A stretch of 64,000 nucleotides of DNA, from NCBI GenBank assembly GCA_965178125.1, contig OZ237759.1:682001-746000 (forward strand), in the 5' to 3' direction. Under the pieces are notes generated by a model that searched no databases, had not been told where the DNA came from, and was given only the letters and a program-made list of their open reading frames with translations. This document shows positions 52,099 through 63,495 of this stretch, in pieces. How positions within the stretch are numbered: position 1 is the first letter of the stretch; the number at the start of each line of letters is the position of its first letter. This DNA comes from Bilabrum cf. latius (taxonomy: Eukaryota). Position numbers and translations under genes: made by a program.

Positions 52099-53184
52099 AT
52101 GGACAAAAAAGATGTTCCTGCATGTGTCACAGCAAGCGCAGGCATGTGTGTTTTCGTAGTCTATTTGGGCTTGTGCGCTGCCCTGCTACCCGCGAGCTCA
52201 ACGGGAGAGCAGCTTTCAGCAACCTTGGAACCCTCTTGCGTGGTAGGATTGAGGCACAAAGTTTCGAACCAAGACGGCAGTCTACAGTTGTCAGCACGCC
52301 TGCGCACCCGGGAGGATGGCGGGCTCCTGTATGCGGAATGGATCGCTGGTGATGGCGTCTCCGCTGCACGCGATCTTATCGATTCATAGAGCACGACCTT
52401 ACGCAATTGGACAAGGCTAGTTTCAAATGACCAACTAGATGTTGATGACTCCATTGCGTTCTTTCCAGTGTGGATGTACCCAGTGGATATGAAAGGAGGT
52501 GCAGCCGCAGGTCAAGGAAGCATTGCGGTCGCAGCTACTCTGCCGAACGAGGCGTACAGCATTCGTACGGGTGCTAGATTTGCAAACCAAGGCGCAGAGT
52601 ACTGCGATACTGCGGAAGCTCGAGGCAATGTCTGGTTTGAGGTGCGAGAATGGTTCCCGCTCGCTGGCGCGCGTCTAGGAAGGGCTGGGCTTGTCGTCAC
52701 CACAAGCGTAATTATTTCGACCATTCTCATCATTTCCGCGGGGCTATCATTCGACAAAGAAACCAGACTGCGGCTGCTCGTGACCGCCGGGCCCATTTGG
52801 TGGGTGGCAATGCTGGCTTTCGTGCTGGCCTTTCTTGTCCTCGGCGGTCTCGGTGCTTACGGACTTCGGGATGTCCTAAGCGACTACGAATCTGGACTGG
52901 CTGTTATGATTCGCGAGGCGCCTCAGTCACGAGGTGCTTTCATCCTCACGATGCTGTGCCTCGCCGGGTACATTTGCTTCGCGATCATCGTCACCGTGGG
53001 GCACCTGTTTATCGGCGCGCTTCTCGCCTCCGAGGTGTCGGACAGGATGAAGGAGTCCAAGGCTGCAGGTGAACAGAGGAGGCAAGCAGGAGGGGGGAAT
53101 GGGGGCCATGAAGGGGACGCTGACACTGCTCAGCTGAGGGGCGCCCAGGGTGTGACGACCTGGAATCCCACGCAGAGACTGTGA
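52099..53184 (+). CDS. Multi-pass membrane protein of unknown function, paralog B (~361 aa)
   Basis: ORFs 52099-52389 and 52468-53184 join across TAG 52387. Collinear similarity with 45556-46905. TGA stop. Confidence 0.85.
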
Positions 53185-53918
53185 CTCTGTGACTCGTGCA
53201 CCGTGCGAGTCGGTGACAGCAGATATGTCAATACGTCTGATTCAAGGCACGCACTATCCTGCTGCAACGGTAGCTCCGATTGGAGCTCGCGATGGACTCG
53301 TCGAGTGTGTCGGGTAGGCTGTATCGCATGCTGAATCCAGGCTGGCCATCCTCCCACTCCCGCATTGCTCACTGCATGCGAAGCTTGTTGCATGTGGAGG
53401 CTAAGCCTAACCGTTTATTCGTACTCCAGGATCATATTCAGCCTGCTTGGCCTAGGCTAGGTGTGACATGTCAGCCTAGATCTAGATCTTGACTGCAACT
53501 GCACCGCACTGCCAGTCACCGTGAGCGCCAGCCACCCCGACAGGATCAGCTCGCATCGGTGTCTACAGGGCATCCAAATGATCTCCTAAAACATGTTTCA
53601 GCCAGATGCGGGTTTTGAATTTTTTGTTTTTAAGCCCATTCTTTTGTGTTGGTGCGGCGTGTGATGTACAGGATCCAGTGAGTGGGCACCGTGTGATGCA
53701 GACGAACTAGGTTACTTGGAGAATTGCCATGCAGCTAACCTTAAGATCTCCATAATCAATCGTATCCATGCATGACATGGTCACGCTGCAGTGCCACCCA
53801 ACCGCAGACATTAAGCCTTTAGCTTGTGCTAGAACACCAAGTGCGAGTATATGTCCAACGCAATCTTTGCTGCAGCACGGCTGCCCCCCCAGGCGAATCG
53901 AGCAGCCAGCAGCCCCGG

Positions 53919-56378
53919 TCAGCAGCTCCCCACCTTGATCGCGACCCACTCCTGCTCGCTCAGCTGCAAAGTCCCTGGGATGGACTCAATGGCGCTGCCC
54001 GTGCGAAGGTCGCAGCCGACCTGGCCCACGGCGTCTGTGGGAGGCACAAAGACGAGAGTCCCCTTGCCGTCCTGAGGCAACCCGGTGTGCATGGCGAAGA
54101 TAAAGGGCCCGAACTGAACTGCCTGTATCTCGAGGAAGCCTCGCTGGGGGGAGTCAGTCAGCAGCGGGACGATGGCGATCCGATCCACCCGTGGAGTGGA
54201 GTGGTGCACCCGCGCCACGTCATTCAGGACCACATTGCTGATGACCCGCTTTGCCGGTTCGTTCGTGTTGAAGCCGTGCCTCCACTGTAATGCAATGAAC
54301 AGCCTCTCTCCGTTGTACTGCGCAGACACAAGCATGGCCGCAGGGTCGACCCACGCGAAGTTGTTGCTCGCAGACTCGAAGGGCAGGCGATATGACGTGC
54401 TCAGACCCTGGATCGACCTCCAGGCCGCCTGCAGCCGGACAGCGTCCGCGAGCAAAACCGGAAAATGCGGCGAGGACGCGTCCGAGTCCGTGTCGACTCG
54501 GAGCGAGAACACGTCGCCGTGCTCCATCCGCAGCTGCACCAGCCGAATCGCCGATGGGTTCTAGGCCACGAGCGCACCGTAAAAGCCAGCCCCGCCGCCG
54601 TAGCTCACCACGCCTGGATTCTTGTTGTGGCGCCACGTGATGGCAGATTCCAATCGCATGCAGCGGTACGTCACCAGCGGAACGTCACCCCCTGGATAAT
54701 GCGCGGCGCCGCTGGGGGCAGCCGCCAGATCTTGGCAGTTGTCCGGGTACCGGAGGTACGCCAGCGCACTCGTCACATTGATAGCGCGCTCCCCGATCTC
54801 GGGCGCTGCTTTGGCCAGTACCTCGGCCATCCGATCCGTTTGCCACGCGAGGTCACCGTATCCAGCCGAGAAGCCCCCGTTCAGCCTCCCGTTGGGCTCC
54901 ATCGAGATGCCCTGCGGCGAGATCCACGGTGTCTGGGGGTACAGGGGGGAGGGGGCAAGGCCCATGGCCTGCTTGGCGTACGGGACCATCTGCTCGTCCG
55001 TCCATGCCTGTGACGAGTGCATCCCCTGCAGCACCCTGTTCGAGAGTGCGGCCGCCAGGATGTCCGCGATGTCCTGGTTGGGCGCATGCCCCCTGCTCGT
55101 CACCAGAAAGTCCCGAGAGCCGGAGAACAACGCCTCGTAACCCGTGCGGCGGGTCACGTTGGGCGTGCTGCTGTTCCCATCGTCGTCGAACGTTCCTTGG
55201 AGGGCCTCCACGAACATCGGCGCAGTGGTCTTGTTCCCCAGCAGAAGCAGCACGGCTTCCGCGGGCCCCCTGTGCCCGTAGCCCTCCAGACACCCCGACG
55301 CGTTCTTCCGGTTTGGGCCCCCCAGCCACAGCAGGCCTTTCGGGGACCCGTCGAACCCTCCGTTGGCCCCCTGCGCGCGCCTCAGGAAATCGAGCCCCGC
55401 AATCACGCGGGTCACGTCCTGCGCCGCAGTGGCGCTCACGCTCCCCCTCGCGAGGGTGCCGCTTGCTGACTGCCCCACAGCTGAGGCAGCGAATGTCTCC
55501 AGCCCGGCGAACCAGTTGTTGTTGCTGCCATCGGAACCATCCGCCCATTCCCTCTCCCACTCAGTGGTGTTGCCAGGTGACGAGTGCACGAGCCTGGACC
55601 AGCCGCCGCGGAAGACAGCGCCCGTCATGATGGCCGGGGCGCTGCCGCTCGCGACTGCTGCGTCCCAGTCGGGCCCGAACGCCTGAAATATCCGCATGTG
55701 CTCGGTGCCAGCGGTCACTTGCATGTCCAGAAACTCCGGCTGGCTCGTTATGTGGGGCATGGTGTTGCCGTGCGTCCTTGGGCCGGCCGGCGCAGGCAGG
55801 CTTCCTGGTGGCACGAGGTTGAGATCCGGGTCGAACATGCTCGCTGATCCTTGGGAGCTATTTGTAAAGATCTAGTACATCGCTGGAGTACGTGTTGACC
55901 CTTGGGGAACGATCGAGAGGTTAAGCAATGGAGTTGCGTCACAATCCTTCGCGAGCGGGCCAAGGTCGAACGACATGATCTGGCTGCGGTTTGGCAGCAT
56001 TGTTCCGATGCAAGCATGGTCCAATCGATCTGTTAGACACATCTCTAGTTCTGCTGGGTAGCTGCAATCTGATACCTTTCCAGCAAAGTACTCGGGGACA
56101 ACGGCGATCATTTCTCCGTTCGGTTCGGTATCGTCTCCATTGAATTCAGCGATAAGCGTGCGGGAGCACGCTATCGTAAAGTTAACAACACCTCCATTAC
56201 TGACCGTCCGAAAGCTTCGGCCGCTGGCTGTACTACCAGTTTGGCTGTTGACGCTTTGCACGGAGTGCGCAGCTTCGCTTTGAGCGTTTCCAAAGATGAT
56301 CCTGTCTAGAACAGCGGGAGACGCCGATGTTAAGCAACCTAAGAGGAGCAGGGGGGCAATGCGTGACCTGAATAGCAT
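53919..56378 (-). CDS. Secreted protein of unknown function (~819 aa), possibly carbohydrate-active
   Basis: Signal peptide MLFRSRIAPLLLLGCLTSASPA. Three same-frame ORFs join across TAGs at 55872 and 54561; TGA stop. Globular, aromatic- and Gly-rich composition; no intron needed. Confidence 0.8.
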
Positions 56379-56696
56379 CAGAGATGCTTCAGCGGTAGCG
56401 ATTTTGTTGCGTCCTGCAATGAACAGCGTACCGCCACACGCTTGGCCCAATCTGGTTTACACAAACAGGGAAAATAGCTCCTTACAAATAATCAAGGAGC
56501 AGCTGCAAAAAACAGCACGCATCATGCGGTGGAACCAACACGTTTGCCTCGAACGACTACCGATGCAGTGGAACGTGTAAGCTCGTGGGTCCAGCCTGGA
56601 TGGCTCAAGGGCAACGCATCAGCACTATAGCGAGCCATCCATTCAGCCCGGCCACGCAAGACAGAGCAGAATGCCTTTCAATCCCGCTGCCAGATA

Positions 56697-59600
56697 TCAC
56701 GGCAGCACCTGAAGGGCGATATCCTGCTCCACCTCGAACGCCACGTCGCCCATCCCTAGCGTGGTGTTGAAGCCGCTGGGGAAGGGTGGCTGCGGCCCGT
56801 CAAGGTAAATGGGCGCCCCCCTCTGCCACGGGAGGATCTGCAGAAGAACATTCGTCGGCGAACCTTCACGAAGCGCTCCCATGTGGGCAAACCGGTTGAA
56901 TCCGATCGTCAGGGGTATCCCAGGGGCGTACTGCTGGTCGTACATGAACACGCCATTCATCGGCGCCCCGCTGCCAGGGCCGCTCCCGAAACCCAAGTAT
57001 TCCGGATCAAGAGAAGAAGGGTTCGTGTAGTAGGCGCGCACCACGTCGCCCCACCAGGGCAGCACCATGCGCACGTCTGTGCGGCAGCTACCCCCAGCGG
57101 GTCTCGATCCCGGGTCTGGGCCGTAGGAGCATGGGGTGCTGCCCGCTGGGGCCGCGTGCGGGTAGAAATCGATCTCGAACTCGGCTGAGACGTTGAAATC
57201 CGCATCACGAGGTTCCGCAGCGGCGCCTTTCGGGCCGATGGGGATGTGACGAGCGGGTCCTGCCCGACGGACAAGCCCGCTGTTCACGGTCACGTTGCGG
57301 ATGGCGGGTGCGGGAGATGACCCAATGAACGCAGTGAATGCGCCACGCTTCTCCTGCTCCATGTTCCCTGTGCCGGGCGGACAGCCGGCACCCTTAGGGT
57401 AATGACTGCCCTGCAATACACCCGGATTCGATGCACCGCCATGGGATGCACCAGGCGCGTCGGGCATGCACAGCCCAGTGGGGGCCGGCAGCATCAGGAT
57501 CTCTACGTCTGGCGCAGCGCCTCCTGCCTCGCCCGATGATGGCGACCCGGCGGATGGAAAACCGGAAGTGGCGTTGACCTGGATCCTGACCTGGTCACTG
57601 TCTCCCGCGGTCGCAATCACCGCACCTCGTGTGACGATTGCGGTGTCCACGCCGGCCACCCTCTCCCTGTAGGTGGCCAAACCCGTGGGCTCGTCCAGCA
57701 CGACAATGGCCACTTCGGCTCCGTCCGATGCGGCTTTGACCACGATGGCCTCCTCCAGCCCCGGGAGGAGGCCAGGGAACACGTAGTTCCCGCCCCGCCT
57801 CACAGGGGTCACGGTGGAAGACACCACGGAGCTGATGCCGTCCTGCTCCAGGCCGACCTCGATACCGAGCCCGCTGCCATCGCCGCCGTTCATATTCGCG
57901 CTCCCGTTGCTGTAGATCCCTTCGATAGCGGTCAGGAACACGGTCACCTTGTTCCCTGGGGAACACACAGCGAAGAGGGGCTGGGCCGTGGCGTGGCTCA
58001 CCACCACCCCCGCACCCAGTGGGCTACCTCCCGGGGAACAACTGGCCGTGGCACCAGCGCTGATCGAGTCCGTGTGTGTAGTTGCATCTCTCGCATGTCG
58101 GTCGCCCATCGTGGCCGATGGCGCCCTGCGCTTGGGCTGCTCCCACGCCGTGCGAATCGGGCTTGGATCGCTCTGCAGGTCGGCCACGTCCCAGCCCATT
58201 ATAAACTGGCCGTACGCCCCGGGAGCGATTGAGAGGGGCGCCGAGCCGTTGGGCGGGAACATGCGGGTCTCGTTCCCGGGAAGGTGGATCGTAAGCCGCA
58301 CGCCGTCGTGATGGGCGAAGGACTGTCCCCGCCCGTAGCTGTTGATACCAAGCAGCACCGGCTGCTGGCTGGCGGCGCCGCGCACGTAGGTTCCGCTAGC
58401 AGGGGCGGGGTTGGCACGCACCGCCCAGCGCAGCGTGGTGGTATCAGTTGTACCCGTCGGGCGGATCGTCGGCAGGTAGGTGGTCAAAGAGGCCAGCGCG
58501 GGCCCTGCCGAGTGCAGCAGCAGGTGCAGCCTCCTCATAGAGTGGTAGTGTTCCCTCACCTGATGGAAGGATCCCAGAGGGGCCTAGTAATCGTAGTCCA
58601 GCACGGGCATGTCGTTCGAGCCACCCGAGTACTGGGCCTCTTGCATGTAAGACAGCTTAGCGATCGGATTAACGCTGCCCTGGTAGATGTAGTATCCCCC
58701 CGAGGCAGTTCCGCTGAGCGACTAAACGGTTGCAACCGGCCCGATATCGGATGGGGGAACAACAACCCGTCTATGGTAGGCGGTGCTCATGCCGTCGCCC
58801 ACCTCTATCTCCAGCTGGGGGTAGGTGCCGTTTGGGTGGAACCCCGTGGTGGAGGGAAGGTACCCCCCTGATGGGGGGTCGGGTTGTGTGTTCCTCGGCC
58901 AGAATTGGGACACGTACACCCCCACGTTGGGGACGAGTTCCCCGTATGGGACACCCTGCATGGTGGGCCACTCCGTCTTTAGGAAGTAAGGGGCGTCAAT
59001 GCCCGCTTGTTGCAGGGCGATCTTCTTGAGGGCCAGGAGGTACTGAGGGTCGCAGCAGTACTCATTATCCACCTGCGAGGGAGGAAAGTGGAGGCAGGTA
59101 CGATGGAGAAGGAATGAAACATTGAGACGCACAGGATTCAATGCAATCGGTCAGGTTTGCATAGGTCACACTCGGTTGCCTCACCTGGAACGAGAACACG
59201 CCCCCACCGTCCTTCCACAGGTGACCCTGAATCTGCTCCCCCTCTTGCTGGTACAGAAGTGTGGCGAGTGCGAGGAACTTGGGGTCTGTGGACCTGAGCT
59301 TGACCTTGCCCTCGCTGGCCAGCGCCTGCAGCCAGTCGGGGAACCCGCCCCCCCTGGCCTCTCCGTGGGACCACGGGCCCCCGCGCATGAGAACTCCGAG
59401 TCCTAGCTCATCTGTTCGGTTCAAAAAACCGTCCAGGGACCGTCGCCCGTCCCAGCGCCACTTGTTCTGCTCCTCTTCGGAATGCAGCCAGAACTGGTAT
59501 GTCTGGATCGAGTCCAGGCCGCCGGCGCGCATGCGCAGCAAAGCTGTGCGCCATTCGTTGGCCGGAAGCCTCGCAAAATGGAGGGATCCATGGACTGGGA

Positions 59601-60075
59601 CCCACCTGGAGCTACCGAGGGTCCAGCTCAGCGAATCCATGCCAACCTTCACTCCGCCTTTGCTCGCGGGCGCTTTGCTCGTTCCCGCGGCCGGGATTCG
59701 CACTGGAGCTGGCGGCAAGTTTGTTGCATTCACCACAAATTCAGACCCCGGAGGCGGGTCTCGGGCAGCAGACACCCATCCATCCACGGACTTGCAGTAC
59801 TGAATGCTTGAGGCTGGACCGGCCCAGCAGCCCTTTGTTGCGCATGGAAGCGAAGAGTCGGGACACCATTGCCAAATATCACACAACGGATCACTGTCGC
59901 AGCATGCTTGACGACAGGAGTCAGCATCGGACGCGGAAGGCACGCCCGAGAGTCCCCAGCACTGGACGTTCGATTTGTCGACAGGAAACTAGTCCTTGCA
60001 TGGCTTTCCTTTGCAGCCGCTTGACACGGTATGACATGAAATGAACACTAACGCACTAGTTATGAGCGTTTGCAT
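56697..60075 (-). CDS. Secreted glycoside hydrolase family 35 beta-galactosidase with an N-terminal Cys-rich (PAN/apple-like) module, ~1,088 aa; exons 60075-59185 and 59072-56697
   Basis: GSLHFARLP..EW...L.RMRAGGLDSIQTYQFW..HSE, RGGPWSHGEARGGGFPDWL, GGGVFSFQ|VDNEY (the 112-nt GTGAG...GCAG intron rebuilds the acid/base motif), GYYIYQGSVNP, YDY(TAG)APLG. TGA stop. Confidence 0.92.
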
Positions 60076-60236
60076 CGCAGCGCGTGACGATCCTCACTCT
60101 TCATCGACCACAGCGATGTACTACCATTTTAGAAGATCAAGCAGCCTAAATGGAGCATAACAGAGAATACACAATACAACTTAGAATTGCAATCGCCCGA
60201 TTGACAGTGCATATTCTAGCATTCTTTTTTTTTTTG

Positions 60237-63200
60237 ATGAGCTGGTTCAGGCCAAGTGGCACGCGCACAACGCAGCCAGTTCAAAGGCAAACAGGCGGTG
60301 AATCAATCGGCCAAGCGAGCGAGCAAAGCAGCGACGTTGCTTCGATTGAAGCCGTGGCAAACACAGAGTAGTACGTAAAAGCAATACATGCCATTAAGGC
60401 ATTATCTGGGCCTGCTCTAGCCACCCTTAGTGCCGATCCGCTCGGTAAGAATGCATAGCAGCTGGAAGAGCACCTGCAGTTCGTCTCCACAGCTTTGTAC
60501 CGGCTGCCCCGGTCAGTATGGAACAGCTCCCCCATGCTGTTAAATTTGTTTGATACTGAACAAAGCAGCAGTATTGTGAAGGAGGTCTGTCAGGTCCTGA
60601 ACAGCCGCGGACTTCCGGCAACGCTGCTGGCAGAGGCAGCCAAGCTTGCGCACTCGCTGTCTCGTCCGAATTCGTCCCAGCGCCACTTTGCGGGGAATGA
60701 AATTGGGCTCAGTGCAGCGATGCTATTGCGCGACAATGCTGATAGCAAAGCGCTAGTCGTGCCATTGACGGCTGTGCTGTTCAACGTTTTGAGCGAGCCT
60801 TCAATCGGGAAGGAGTTTGTGGAAGCCGGGGGCATGGAGAGTGCGGGTCTCGCGTGGAGGAAGCACATGGACAGCAACTTTGTGTGCAGCAACATGCTGG
60901 GGCTGGTGACGAGCCTGATGTCGTAGTTTTTGGCAGGCGAGCACGGGGATGGTCTTGTGCACGCGGACTTCGCCGAGCAGCTAGTGTGGCTGTGCTCCGT
61001 GTGCGTGCGGCAGGGCGGCGTGAATCGTTAGCACCGCGAGTCGTTTGATATCGCCAGAAAGTGCATGCGTGTTGCGACTATCGCTTCATCTGTGTCTAGC
61101 CGAAGCGGGGACAGCCGGTAGTTGTGGCTTGATGCGGTGCTTGGCGTGGATGGCGCGCATGGCATGAGTCAGTCGTGGAGCCCCTCCGATCTGGCGTTAG
61201 GGAACAAACGCAAAGGAAACGGCGCTGCGGGACCGGGGAAATAGTCTGTGATCCGTCCGTGCTGTCTGCCAGCTCTGCTGGTGAGTGAGCTGGCGCCGAG
61301 GGTGGAGCGACTGGCAACGGGTGGATCTGTGACCGGGCCCGGCGGGCTGCTGTCGGGGGAACACACTGGGCTGCGGGACGATGCACAGCGGATGCTGCAC
61401 TGTGTGTGCCAGCGGGCAGGGGCATGGGGCCAATAGCTGCAGGGGCGAATGGCCTCGGGTTTCTCTGGTCTCGGGGGGGCGATTCAGGGGGCGGTGCGCC
61501 TGAGCTCGGTGGCTCGCCGTGTGGGAGTGGGCTGTCGGGAGGGGAGTAAGGGCGTGGGGGCTGTGGTGCTGGATCTGGTGAGTCGGGTGAGCGTATCTGA
61601 CATGCAGGAGACGATGGGCGGCTAGGTGGAGGGGGGTGGGGCTGCGTCTGCCACCCTATCGCGCGAGTCGGGATCGGGGGCAACGGCGGTGCCGATGTCG
61701 CAACGCCGTGTAGATACCAATTGTAAGAAGGATGTGGGTCGTCGGGAGGTGCTTGCGGCAGCAATGCAGTGCGCATGGGAGAAGAAGGGAGGCCCGAGCG
61801 TGGGAGGCACCGGGGGCGGGGAGGGTGTATCCTGGGACAGCCAGACCGAGGAGGCTGCGGGTGAGCTAGTGGAGCTGGCTGGCAGCTTGGTGGGGGTGGA
61901 TGGCGTGCTCGCCGTGGTGCGATCATAGGGCATGGGGCAGCGGTCGCTGGTGCTGCGGGCGGCGGAGTATGTGCTGGCCGTGACGACGTCTGGTCGCGCT
62001 GGCGGATCGCTTGCTGGCGTTGTGGATTTCGCAGAGGCGGCGCTGGAGGCATTCGGCACATCGGACGGTCCCATCGCAGAGACGGTGCTGGAGAGTCTGT
62101 ACTTCGCGTGCTTCCGTCAGGGGGTGCGGGAGCGACTGGTGGGGGGCAAGGGGTACGAGCTGTGTCGCAGCGCTGGTTCGCGTTGGGACGGAGGTGGAGC
62201 TCATAGTCGTGTCCATGATTTCACTCGCGGCGTGCAGGTGCTGTGCGAAAAAGAGCTTCGGAATGCGGCTAGGCTGCGGGCCCGGCAGGAGCAGCAGAGG
62301 CAGCAGCAGCAGCAGCAGGAGGCTGAGGCTCGAGCGGCATAGCAGGCCGCTGCAAGCGCTGATGGTGATCGGGATGGGGATCGGGATCGGGATGGGGATG
62401 GGGATGGGGACAGGGGACGCGAGGCTGGTGTTGCTAGTCCAGATGTCACGGGCGGCTTGCTAGATGGCATGCAGCAGATGGAGTAGATTCAGCAGCAGCT
62501 AGGACAGCTCGAGGGTCGCGTAAGATAGGTGGTGGGCGATCATGAGCTTGATTCTGCTGCCCATGAAGCCGTGGCTGGGAACCGGAGCAGCTTGGGCGAG
62601 CTAAGCGCTAGGGTAGCGCGGATGCAGGCCATGTTCGAGGCCGCGAGCCGCATCAGCGGCGGAGATGAGCAGCTGCGAAGTCGCGTACAGGTGGCTCACG
62701 GCTCTTCCCCTGCCAGTGGAAGCGAAGAGCCGGCATCGGGGGGCGTGGGGCGCTCTTCTAGCGGCGGAGCATGTGCAACCCTGGGAGAGTTGATGGCGGC
62801 GGCGATGGATGCTACGGGCAATGCAGATGGAGCTGCTCCCCTTGAGCATGAGGAGTATGGCAGGTATGAATTGTAGTCGGACGAGGAAGAGGAAGAGGAA
62901 GAGGAAGAAGAAGAGGAAGAAGAAGAGGAAGAGGAAGAGTAGGGTGGCGCAAGGGGGAGGGATTCCCCGCAGCACGGTATAGTCGCCCACCCTGCAGCTG
63001 CGTCTGCAGATTTGGACAGCTAGCAAGTCTTCGCTGGCATGCAAGCAATGGAAGAGTTCGCTGACTCGATATCAGCAAGTGCTGATTCCATGCCGAGCTG
63101 GGGCGCGCTGAGCGCGGGGGTGCAGGGAAGGCTGGAAGGGGCAGACCATGAGGGCGTCTGGGGGGACCTGCAGGAGGGGCACGCGGAGGAGGTGCAGCCC

Positions 63201-63347
63201 GAGGAGTAGGCAGGAGGAGGGCTAGTCGGTGGGTGGTAGCCAGGCAGTGGCAGTGGCAGGGGCAGTGGCAGTGGCAGTGGCAGGGGCAGTGGTCGTGGTC
63301 GTGGGCGCGGGGGTGATCGAAGGAGGCGGAGAAGCCGGGGTCGATGA
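60237..63347 (+). CDS. Alpha-helical (armadillo-like) protein, ~1,036 aa, with poly-Q, poly-E and a C-terminal (GS/GR)n tail
   Basis: Same-frame ORFs are linked only by TAGs up to TGA 63345-63347. Segments such as LTAVLFNVLSEPSIGKEFVEAGGMES and VRERLVGGKGYELC look ARM-like; the fold call is tentative. Confidence 0.7.
62883..62939 (+). repeat. (GAR)n purine tract coding poly-Glu
   Basis: gaggaagaggaagaggaagaggaagaagaagag... in frame within 60237-63347. Confidence 0.85.
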
Positions 63348-63495
63348 ATTGTGGGCTCTTAGACTGTTGCTATTCCGCGTCTTGATTGCCGCATATCAAG
63401 TATCTAAGCCTCTCAAAAGAAAGTACCCTCAACCGCCTCCGCATTAGTCGGTTCCGGTCTAGCTTGCTATCGCGCAACAGGATCCACTCGGGGGC

